Shown here piece by piece: positions 1 through 11,476 of a DNA stretch of 64,000 bases. The stretch's first letter is position 1; each line of letters begins with the position of its first letter. Source of the stretch: Podarcis liolepis (taxonomy: Eukaryota). The notes under the pieces are model-generated. The model did not search any database, was not told the origin of the DNA, and saw only the letters and a program-made list of their open reading frames with translations. The position numbers and the translations under genes are program-made. The stretch is from NCBI GenBank assembly GCA_965112155.1, contig OZ218101.1. One strand, 5' to 3'.

Positions 1-699
1 CACATTAATTTTTTTTAGTGTATAAACTAAAGTTAAATATGTTTATTTTTGAATACTGTATACATTAGGCTGGATACATAAAATTATTGAAGCAAGTAGA
101 AATTAGAAGGTATTGCACTATCAGTAAAAGTCCAGAAGCCTGTATGACCCAGTGGGTAAAACGTTAGACTTCAAGCACTTTCAAACATGGTGCTTTTAAA
201 GGGCATTTGAATAGGGCTGGATGCTTTGGAAGGGGTATAAATGTTTCCCTCATAAAACCTTAATTGTGAGGATGTTTAACTTTCCCTCATCCTTTTTACT
301 ACCTCTCTCTGTCATTCCCACCCCCTTTGAATAGCTGATTTCTTCTTTCTGAATTAGTTACATTATACAGTATTAACTATCTCAGCCTTGGGCCAGTCCT
401 GCTGTTAGGCAGACTAAAGCAGGTGCCTCATGTAGCAGATACTGAGATGAGGAATGGCTGCCCCTGGCTGTTCTTCAGCCATTTTCATTTTGCTGAGCCA
501 GCATCCCAGCAGCATCAAAACTTGTGCTCATAGCCAGTGTTGAGGTAAGGTTTTTGTGAGGATGTATACTCCCATGAACCCTCTGGTGGAAATGCAGGAT
601 ACAAATTTAATAATAAAGAAATAAACTACACTTGGCCCTTCTCTTAACAGCCATGGAAAACATCTAGCATGTAAGTCATAGCCAAAAAAGTGACTTATA

Positions 700-1005
700 C
701 AGGGCCGTCTTTACCTGGGGTGCAAGGGGTGTGGGATACCCAGGCACCAAATTCTGGGAGGTGCCAAATGTATACCTACTGTATACCGGTCCCTCTTGAT
801 TGGCGGCAATGAAAAGCAAAAAAAAAGTGAAAGTCCCCCCCCCCCCCCGTTGCTCTGTTACTCCGTAGCGTCAAATATTCCCGACGAGTCAGGAAACAAA
901 AGCAGTTATTTCCACTGTGTCGGCGTTACAGGTGAGCGATTTTCCTCCCCCCAAAAAGTTCAACAACTTTGAGTTCGCCCCCCCCTAAAAATTTTGGGCC
1001 TGGAC
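700..1005. mobile_element. DNA transposon fragment (hAT-like end CAGGGCCGTC)
   Basis: Abrupt CpG-containing block starting CAGGGCCGTCTTTAC; no second terminal repeat seen. Confidence 0.45.
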
Positions 1006-2343
1006 TTATACCTCCACAAGACCCTCCTCTCCTGTTTCTCCACAGGCAAAGTAATTGCTGCTGCAACAGTACATGTTCTCTATGTTGACCCTGATCTTGA
1101 AGAACAGGGGAGCCATCTCACATCAAACGACTCCCCAGACCTCTGCTCAGTGAAGTGTCTGAGAAAGTCTGAGAATACCTGCATTGGAAATGGAAGATGG
1201 CACAGTCAAATAACGATGTAAAGTGTATTAGTATGAGAGAATGGGAAATATGAGCTTTTATTCAGCCACAGTAGACAGAAGTTCAGTGGTAGGTTTCAAA
1301 ATTCAAACGTAAGAGCAAGCAGCACTTCATCCCCAAGTTGAAAGATAATTGAGCAATTAGTGGCTTGAGGTCAATAATGCCAGTGCTAGATGCTTTTGAA
1401 ATAATCAATTCAGCCATGCATAAAAGATACAAAGGTAGAAACAGAAAATAGCATTGTGCAAGCATTTTGATATAATGAACACCAGTGAAATCATTATCTC
1501 TTTACCTACTCTAAATGTAATTGTACAAACATACACTTTGATTAACTTTAGAATTTTGCAATGAGTTCAGTCTCGTCCCTGATCTGAGTTACATTAAACA
1601 TTTGGACACCTGACCATGAATTTAGTTTTTTGCCCTGAGGATCTACATAAGTAAATTTAAGCTAGTGAAAACTCATTAGTTAAAGTGCTCAGTACAGTTT
1701 AGTTGGAACCCATGGATGATAGAGTACAACATCAAATTCCAAACTTGGTATAATTCTACTTTTCCTGAGTTTGACTTTTGATCATATGCTCTGCTATGGT
1801 CCAAGGCCATGTATATGTATGACAGTCCTCCAGCACTGTAAGAGAACAAGCAATAATGTACATTACTGCTGCCCTATAGCTAGAGAAGCAGAAGTGTGAA
1901 TAAACTTAACACACTTTAAACACATAACCACATGTTCCTGTAGCTTATCACATTGCATAGCCAAAAAAAGATGCAATAATTGCATCAGACATGCTCAAGA
2001 CTCCATCCCATTATATTGTGTGCATCTTTTTACTGTCTGGTTGTCTGTTGTAATGTGCTGCTACTCCAAACCACGCAATGGCCATGAGCACAGTACAAAG
2101 AAAGCTATAAAAAAGAGTGAATTGGCCACAAGCACAGACCTAATTCTGACCTTGTACCTGAGCTATACTATTTCAAACTGCAGGTGAGAGTTCCTGAATG
2201 CTTCACCTGTTCAGTTTTCCCTTGAATAGAGCACAATGCGTTCAGGGAGTGGCATCATGCTCTTTGCTCATAAAAGATCGCGTTTACATAGCTTCCTAGA
2301 CATGGGGAAATTTGGTGTTTGAATAAACTCTTCCCAATCCTAA

Positions 2344-2493
2344 TATGTAATTTTTTTTAAAAAAAAAATTTCCAGTAGCACCTTAGAGACCAACTAAGTG
2401 CTACAAACTTAGTTGGTCTACAGTTTTTGGTTTTTTATTTTTTATATATATTTCTACTGCGTCAGACCAACACAGCTACCTACCTGAATCTAG
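2344..2493. mobile_element. Penelope-like element terminal fragment with inverted arms
   Basis: AGACCAACTAAGT / ACTTAGTTGGTCT inverted repeat; flanked by a 12-bp direct repeat TCCCAATCCTAA (2332-2343, 2494-2505). Confidence 0.6.
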
Positions 2494-3515
2494 TCCCAAT
2501 CCTAAATATCCTTACTTAGGTGTAAGCCTCAGTGAGTTTATGGGACTTCCTTCCAGGTAAAATATGCTTAGGATCTAGCCTATCATGTGCATCCTGCAAT
2601 ATAATTCAGATTCAGTCATTAAAAGGAACAATTTAGTGGTGCTAGAATCAGGGCAATTCATTGTTCATCAATTATGGGACGACTTGCCAACACGATGGCA
2701 CTTCATTCCCTCAAATTAAAACACTAAAGGAACATTTTAAAGAAACCATATGGCTCTACTTCAAAAGTAGTTAGCTGGCAAATTGAGCACATTGATTAGT
2801 CCTTGTTATCTATGAAACACATGAATAAGTACATCAAATGAACTTGTTTTTCTCTCCACAAATTAAGTGTAATGGATAGAGTCAGCTTTAATTGCCACCA
2901 GAAAAGAGAAATTCTTCTTGCCAGAGTCCTTGTTTGTGGCAGGGGAGAAAACTCCAGAATGGATGGCTCCTCACGTGGACCGGATGTGAGAGAAAGAGAC
3001 ACTCCGGGCTTCTTTTTTCCTTAACCCAGCAAAGCAAACAGGGAGTTAATTATATCACTGTGACCAAACAGAAATAGAGCTTTGTAAACAGTTGTTAAAA
3101 TCCCAGCTGAAAGGCAAAAGCTTTCAACCTGGAAGGGCATGCTCCAAAGCCTGCAACAGAAAAGGCCACTGCTCAACATTACAAAGTCCCATTTGAGGGG
3201 CTGGCAGGGAGGGACATTCTCCAGAAGGAGTATGTGGGCTTCTTACCCACCTGGATAAGTATTTAATTTGTGAAATAGAAGTATACATATTCCTTCCTCC
3301 TGCTCACTGTCACATTGGAGGAGCAATTCTGATTAACCACGTGTAAAAGTAGGGCCAGCCCAAGACATCTTGCTGGTAAAGTGGAGAAGATCCCCACTCG
3401 AATCCAAGTACGGAAGCTGTCCAAGCTGGCAGTTGAATCTTACTTATTTTATTTATTATATTTCCATCCCACTTTGCCTCTACGAAGCTCAGGCTGGCAC
3501 ACGTCATTTTATCAT

Positions 3516-3642
3516 TACAACAACCCTGCAAGGGCTGAGAATTAGGAGCGGGCCCAGGTCATCCAGTGAGCTTCATGGCTGAACGGGGACTTGAAGTCAC
3601 TGGTCGCTGAGGTCCTGGCCCAACATTCTAGCCACTGCACCA
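3516..3642 (-). mobile_element. MIR/CORE-type SINE fragment
   Basis: ACAACAACCCTG...CCCAGGTCATCCAGTGAGCTTCATGGCTGA...GACTTGAA...CTAGCCACTGCACC pattern. Confidence 0.6.
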
Positions 3643-3793
3643 AGCTAGCTCACAACACTGAGTTTGAAGTTGAGAGCTTTAGCAGTGGTGACAGAATCCT
3701 TCACTACACCTGAGGGCAGCAGACTAGCTTAAGTGGTGCAGGGCAAATCACATGGCGCAAACAGCTCTGCCTGGCACTCCATGCCCTCCAGTA

Positions 3794-4043
3794 CATGGGT
3801 AGGCAAATAAGGTCCAGGGGCTGGATCCGGCCCAATCACCTTCTCAATCCAGCCCGCAGATGGTCGGGGAATCAGCATGTTTTTACAGGAGTAGAATGTG
3901 TCCTTTTATTTAAAATGCATCTCTGGGTTATTTGTGGGGCATAGGAATTAATTCATTACCCCCCCCCAAATATAGTCTGGCCCCCCCACAAGGTCTGAGG
4001 GACAGTGGACTGGCCCCCTGCTGAAAAAGTTTGCTGACCCCTG
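3794..4043. mobile_element. Non-autonomous hAT element (OC1/Charlie-like)
   Basis: Imperfect terminal inverted repeats (TIRs) CATGGGTAGGCAAA / TTTGCTGACCCCTG; 8-bp target-site duplication (TSD) ctccagta / ctctagta. Confidence 0.85.
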
Positions 4044-6598
4044 CTCTAGTATCTACCCCACGAAGCAGCTGTCTCACTCTGTCTAATGGTAGGGGTGGTC
4101 CTGTGGGGTGGATAAATCATTATAAAAATAAAATAAAGATTAACGTGCATGAGTACAGAAGAGAAGAAGTACAGGCCTTAAGGACAGTTAGTCATATGGT
4201 GTAACATCTCCATTGAGATAAATACAGGGTTTTAAAACAACAAGAACTCGAAACCTTATGCATGATAGGATAGGAAGTCAATACTTTTTTATTTACTATA
4301 CTTGCTTGTTCTTTTTATTTTTTTTAAAGTCTCAAAGTGACTTAACAGCAACATAAAATACAAACAAATAAAATCAATTTAAATCAAAAGAATGTTCAAA
4401 ACAAAAATCTCCTTAAAGTCCTCATCCAACAATACGCCACACAAAAAGATGAGCATGACAGTAGAGGCTAAAATCAAATGCAAATATCTATGATGAAATA
4501 TTCGTAACATTGCATGCAATAGTATTGTTCTTGTTCTGAAATCACAGCAAACCATCTTGTGTGATATTTGATCTCTTGCTGATTTCACTAAGGTTGTCTA
4601 GCACTTTGTGTGAAAGTACAGTTTTGTCTTATTTTCAGAACGCGCAGGCATCATATTTTCCATAGTGACTTCCCTGACTTGCACAGCAATTAATTGCTTC
4701 CTCTTGAAGCTTTAAATAAGAGATAGCTTCAAATCAAGGATGGCATCTATTAAATTTAATTAAGTTCCCATGCTGCTTGCATGGCAAAAGGAGCATGGCT
4801 AAAGGGCAGGTGCTAATTGAGAGCAGATTCTGTGTTGCAGATGAGTGAGTTTCTCTGCTAAATGTATTTTTTAAAAAAAAAACAAATACGTGGTTTGTTT
4901 CAGAACACTTCATTCCTTCCATGACCCTTTCCCCCCCCATTTCAGTGGATAAGTGTCTGGCAGTATTTTTTTACTTCCTCTCACCTGACACAGTGCAGTC
5001 CCTTCACTACTATATTGCCATAACATCTCCACTGTTGACTTGGCTACATCACCAACCAACTAATTTTAGAAGAATTTGGGAACACCACGTTTGCCATAGC
5101 TGATCATCAAGCTGGAAGATAAAATGTGAATGAAAGCCACAAAATGCATCTATATGGAAGTTGCGTCTAGCAATTATGTTGTAATAGCCCACACTGGAAT
5201 ATTTCTCTTTTAGCTTGCAGTTACCTACAGTGGGTTGTTTCCAATGAAGTTTTACTCACAGCAGACTCATTGGTATTAATGGGCATGTCTAACTTATGTC
5301 CATTGATTTCAAAGGGTCTACTCTGAGCAAATCGTGGCTCTCTGCAGCCTAGTGTATTTGCTTGAGCCAATGATGATAAAACTCAAAGCGTATACTAAAC
5401 TGTGATGCCCTGCAGTGTTTGAGTGCACCCAGTGCATCTTGCATGCTATTCATTGAAGGCTAGATCAGCACTGGGAGGACACATAGCCTACATAGTCAGT
5501 ATGAAAATAGAAAACAGTCATTTATTTGCTGCAGTGACACAACCATGCTTCAGGGCTTTTAAAGTATTGGACACAATCCATTGGGAGGGCCATTTTCACA
5601 TCATGGGAGTAACATCATGGGAGGGGTGTTTCTAGGACTAAGGTGAAACTATGGACTCCCTTGCTATTTTTGCTATTAGGAGCTGCGTGTTTTTAAAGTA
5701 ATTTTGTTATATTTGCAATTTGAAATGTGGTTTAATATATCTGATCATATTTTTTGTTTGCTATGTTATTATGAAATTGTTTTTGTAGTGTTTTGTTTGA
5801 AATGCACCCAGCTGTTTCTTTGTTTAAAGCTGCTTTGAGCATGACTTTTGTGTGTGGAAAAGTGGCCTACCCTCTTTTAGTGCCAGCTTGAACAATGAAT
5901 AAGAAAAGGGTGCAGTCAACAGTCACAATAAGAGATGCTTTACATATTAATAATTATTCAAAATTTATTCAGATGTTCCTTTCAGAACCTGCACAATTCA
6001 TCCCTAGATGTCCAGCAATACCATTAGTATGCGTACAAATTAGGAGAAAAGTATTACTATACAGTATATATTAATTTGAGAAAGTATGATAAAACTCTAT
6101 GCAGTTTGAATACATAGACAGTTCCAGACCTAAAAATAAAATTAAAAGCTTAATGATGTGAATAATAATATTTTGCTGATTGATTCATCAGAATGTTTGT
6201 ATCAAGATGAGCCATCTAAGAAAATAATTAAACTTCGTCTTGATTAGACAAAAGTCTTAACACCAAGAAGGGCTGATTAAAGTAATGGCTACTTAACAGC
6301 AACCAATGAATCAAATGTCCCTTTTTCAACAGGGAAAGGTTCTTAACCACTGACTGTTATCCAATGCATGAAACCATATGAACGCAGTTTCACTTCATTA
6401 GTCTTTACCACATTTCGCTGGAACTGTGACTAATCCTCTTTAAATGACCAACATCAGAGTCTTTCATTTGACACAGGCAAGACACATACAAGAGATGCCT
6501 CTTCGCTTCTAATTACCTGCTGGCAGAAACAACAAAAAGGTGTATCCAGAACAAATGGTTCACTACTCTAGTTAATGTTGCAGTTGAGAGACATACAG

Positions 6599-6607
6599 AC
6601 ACACACA

Positions 6608-6661
<54 letters not shown>
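6599..6661. repeat. Compound (CA)n(GA)n microsatellite
   Basis: Directly visible. Confidence 0.98.
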
Positions 6662-6663
<2 letters not shown>

Positions 6664-7175
6664 TAGCCTACAGTATTATTAAAACACTGCCTCCCAAGTG
6701 GTACAGTTTATTTAAAACATTTATATCTCATCTTTTATTAATGGTTTTGAGATTTAAAAACAAAACAACAATACATACATACATACATACAACACAGCAA
6801 GCTGATATAAGTTCTGTTAAGGGTCATAGGGTAGGATTCCACTAATAAGTCCTTCCCAGCAGAATCCCAGACAAGGACTTCTGCTGATGCAATGAGAACG
6901 CACCCCTTCTGCACCGTCCCCCAACTGGATCAGAAGGTGGGACCAGGAGAACCATTGAAACAATGCATGGAGGAAGAAGAGGGCAGATCATTTCATCAGG
7001 CAAGCAGAAATGTATTTCAGATATAATAAATTCCTTCTTTAGGGGTAATCCTTCTTATCAGCAGTCAGGTACCATAGCTTCCTCTTTTGTGAAATGCGAC
7101 AAATATAGTTTGTCACATGAAAAGTTTCCAACCACATCCAAAAAGGGAAACCTCTGATTGTACTATGTAGTGTCC

Positions 7176-7330
7176 AAGGCTGAATACACACTATACATTT
7201 AAAACACACCTGGGAACTTGTTAAGGGTCCTAGGAATTGTAGCTCCGGAGGGAGCCACATTTTCCAGGATTCTGGGGGCTGGAGGGGGGTGGCGGAATGT
7301 GTCTTAACTGTACGGTGTGTACACAGCCTT
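7176..7330. mobile_element. Palindromic MITE
   Basis: Imperfect inverted ends AAGGCTGAATACACAC / GTGTGTACACAGCCTT. Confidence 0.65.
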
Positions 7331-8807
7331 AGACCTCCTTCTCACTTCAGCTTCCCAACAACAACAACCTTATGCACAAAGAGAGCGCCAGTAACAGCCT
7401 CAAATAGGCCTCAAATAAGCTGCATCTGAACAGGAAATTCTGACAGCCCTGACATGTACAAGAGACTTTGGGTGCTGGCTTTTGTTTGGATTCTTCTCTC
7501 TGCCCCCCAATTTTACAGTGACAAATATAGCTGAGGAGAAACAGTAATGGAAAACCTCAGGTGAATCCATGATTCCCTAACACAAAGTCTTGGAAACACA
7601 AACGACTTCATTTTGAATTCCTGATCGCATACTGTGTTTCGATCCGAGTGCCTAAGACTCTTCATGATAATCAATCATACATGTGTTTGACAACGAGATA
7701 AAGGGAACCAGCGGCTAATGTGCCAAGGTTCCATAGAAAAATAACCAAACGTCAATCACAAGAGTAGCTGGCAGCAGGGAGGTTGGCTTTCCTACCATAT
7801 GCCTTTTTTCTTGCATTAGATCCTCTGTGGCATTTGTGCAGTGTCAGTACTTGTTGATTCCTTCCATTACCTGGTTTTAATTAACCCTCTAAAGTCCCTT
7901 TGTGTGACTGGTGATGTCAGCTGTGGCTCTGAATAGAAGCCACCCCTGTCAATAATTTTCGGAACAAGCTCCTTCTGAATGGGCCCAATGAGCCAGGAGG
8001 CTGTTTCCTCTTTAATCCCACATTTAATAGCACGAGCTGAAAACAATAGGCAGCTTCTTCAGCCTCTTTAAGCTTGATTCCATTTGACATATCCAGCCCT
8101 CTTTTGTCAGCCTCACAAGGATATTCCACCTCAGTGTACTCCACATAAGATTCACTTCACAAGTGTCATTGAGATGAAACAGTCAGAACGCTGGGATCTG
8201 CAACTCTAGGCCTCAGCCTCCATGACCAAGGCTGACACTCCTCTCACATCCCTTTGTGCCTATATACCTTCAGTGAATAAACCCATTTTATTTTCTGGAG
8301 TACTTCTACAGCTATAGTCATCAAAGCAGCGCAAACGAATACCGCTGTATAACCCCCCTCCCCTTATATTCCTATACAGACACGTTTGCATCAAAAGAAT
8401 AAAGGATTATAGATTTTGCCATGGCAACAAGCTATTATAAATTCTAATGTAGTACTGGAATGGAAAAGGCATTTATTTCTCATACTTAAAATTTCAAAAG
8501 GGCAAAGCATTGCATTTTCCCACACTTTTTTTGTAATTGTGGATTGCATGTTGTGCTGTTTCATTTTCATCTTGCATGGCTGATTCTTACAGAGCTCTTA
8601 AAAATTCTATAAATGCAACTGCTGCTTGATGCAGCATTTCATCCTGACAAAATCCAGAACATTTATTCTGAAGCCCTACATATGTTATTTTAAGAAATTC
8701 ACATTTTTCTCAGGGTGGCAGAGGTATGGCATGTGCTTTTGTTTTGGTTAGGTTGGCCTTATTGTGAGAAGTTACCTGGGATGATTTCAAATGTTGATCT
8801 TATAGAT

Positions 8808-8938
8808 CAGGCATCTGTGGCCCTTCAGATGCTGTTGATCTCCAAATCTGATTAGCCCCAGTCAGCATGGCCAATGGTCAGGAATGATGGGAACTGTAGT
8901 CCAACAACATCCAGAGAGCCACAGGTTCCCCATCCCTG
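8808..8938. mobile_element. Short hAT MITE; related copies near 11765-11885, 45085-45160, 56820-56910
   Basis: CTGTGGCCCTTCAGATG...CATCCAGAGAGCCACAGGTTCCCCATCCCTG palindromic layout, same family as 37726-37853. Confidence 0.75.
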
Positions 8939-11422
8939 TTCTATATATCTATGAATATCACCTTCATTCTTAAATTTTTAGTTTTTTACAGGCTTGTACG
9001 ATTCTCAGAATTGCAGCTAAACTGCAGTAATCAATAAATGAGCAACATCTTTGTTCATGGCCTCAGCAGTGTTCTGTCCAGTTCTACCAACAGAAGGTAA
9101 CACTTGATAAAAATGGGACCACACTATTTGGGCATCCTTTGCTCCTGTGCTGAACAACACAGGTGCAAACAGAAGCAGATTTAGGGCAGCACAACCAGTT
9201 CTGCCACACTAGGGGACGCTGCAATGATGACATAATGAATGGAGTAGAACAGAAGGCGAGAGGCAGGAGGGACTGACAGATTTTGGCTTTATTTGTTTAT
9301 TTGTTGTAAGCTATCCAATTTTAAATTTAATCTACAATGCTGTTTCACTATTTGGATGAATATTTCAATCTTTTTTTTTTAAACCCATATAGGTAAAAAC
9401 ATGTTTCAGTGCAAATTACAAAGACTGATAAAAATATGTTGATTAAGCAGCAGCAACAGGAAAAGTAATAGTGTCACTATGCATAAGGAGATGAGTGGTG
9501 ACAATATCACCCACCTGACACACTGCAGGTGTCAAAACCACACCTGTTTTTGAAAAACGAATGAGTATCACTAACATGATCTAAAACTCTGGAGATAGGG
9601 GTTTTTTTTAGTCCAGTTCACAAAAACCATGGAGAAAATACAAGAGAAGGATGATGATACCCTGGAAAAGGTGAGTTCCTCAAACTGCTGCATCAGTTTT
9701 TTAAAACCCTCATGAAAATTCATGGACATCTTTGTACACACCCCTTTTAAACAACACATTTATGCAAGAAATCTCTCTTAATGCATTTTATATGTTATTT
9801 CCATTAATATATGCATTTTAAGGCAGATTTCCCCCAATATACACCTTTTTGTACACATTCATTTGGGTAGAAAACTGCACTGCAAAATTCAGAGAACTGT
9901 GATTTTTTTCTCTCTCCAAAGGACAGCTGTCTTGGTTTGCATATTGAGAAATGTGAATTAAGTAGGATAACATTAACATGAAACTGCCCATCCCTAGCTG
10001 GGGTTTCCCATGAAAAACTGTGCACAGGTAAATTGCAGGTGATGTTTGGGTGTTTCTCCCCCACCCATTTTCTTGATGATTAATAATCATTTGTTAACAG
10101 ACAAATAAAAAGAGATCAACAAAACAAATATACATACAAGAATGTATGTCACTATATATGTATAAATATTTGAACACGCATATTTGAGTAAAGCCATCAG
10201 TGCAAACACACTAATCAGTTCCTGAAATGGTTTCCAAGAGAGTGTTTGAATAACTATTGTTTTGTGTCTCCTTGTACCAGTACAACAATTACTCAATTTT
10301 TCAATAAATAAGAAGGCTGTCTTGCCTTCACTTAGTTAATTTTACGTTAGTTAATTTTACCATCTGAGCTATTTCCCATTTTCTAAGGTGATTCTTTCCA
10401 GTTATAAGATATGGCTATACTATATGGCTGTTAGTAAATGTATTGTCAGTTGCGTATCTGCTGGTAAAGTCAAATTGACATTACCAGTTGTAGGTAATTT
10501 CAAACCATTCTGGCTAACCTCAGATATGACAGTGAGAGATTCATTATCAGACTTCCAGCATTTTTTAAAAGGCAAAATGCAGCCACTGGGGACTCTGATT
10601 CAGATCAGGTCCATAGTGTGCCGAGCAAATAGTTAACCCTTTCCCTGTGCATGGTTTTTCCAATACCAAGAACCTGTTCACACTCCCTTGGATCAATTCT
10701 TTTGCTGCAAGGAGCAATGCATTCAAATGTCTGCATGTTTTACCTCTTAAAAAAGAAGTGGGATATCTGATCATGGATCTTCTGCAACCTTAACTAGCTA
10801 TATTCTTAGGAATCTTAAAAAAAAAAAACACCACTGAAATTTAGGTTAAATAAGAGTTTTTCTGCAGGGTTATTTTGGCCCATAAAGATTTTAAAAAGAG
10901 ACAATTTTATTAATAAATATAAAATAGATCGCAGCAGCTATATGTAAGTGTAGAATATTACAGAAAGGGTTGCAAGGTTGCAAAGAAAATGAGGTAGTGT
11001 AATCTGATCTAGTGCTGAACTTAGAGTAGTAAAAAACTAAGAAAAAATATACCACCAGCAGATTCCATTCTTCCACCTTAATTATATTCACTCTTTACTC
11101 TCTGAGACTTTTAAATGGTTTTTTTTACATGTATAAATCATTACATTTCTCAACAGAATTTGTGGGAATGTTAGCTTGGTTCTACTCTAATCTGCATTTT
11201 AATATATTTATTCAAGAAGGGTGGTAGAATTAAGAAATCCATTCATCACTCTCAACTGATGCAATGTATGTGGATATTGTACTTGGATGTCTGTGCCCAA
11301 GTTCAAAAGATGTCGTGTACAACTCCTGCACAACAAATTTCAAGTCAATCTTATATTGATTCCTTCTTCCTTTCATACATTGGTCATGACTTGTAATTTT
11401 GTTTATATTATTATATCTGAAT

Positions 11423-11433
11423 ACACACACACA

Positions 11434-11475
<42 letters not shown>
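11423..11475. repeat. (AC)n-(GT)n-(CG)n microsatellite
   Basis: Directly visible. Confidence 0.97.
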
Positions 11476-11476
<1 letters not shown>

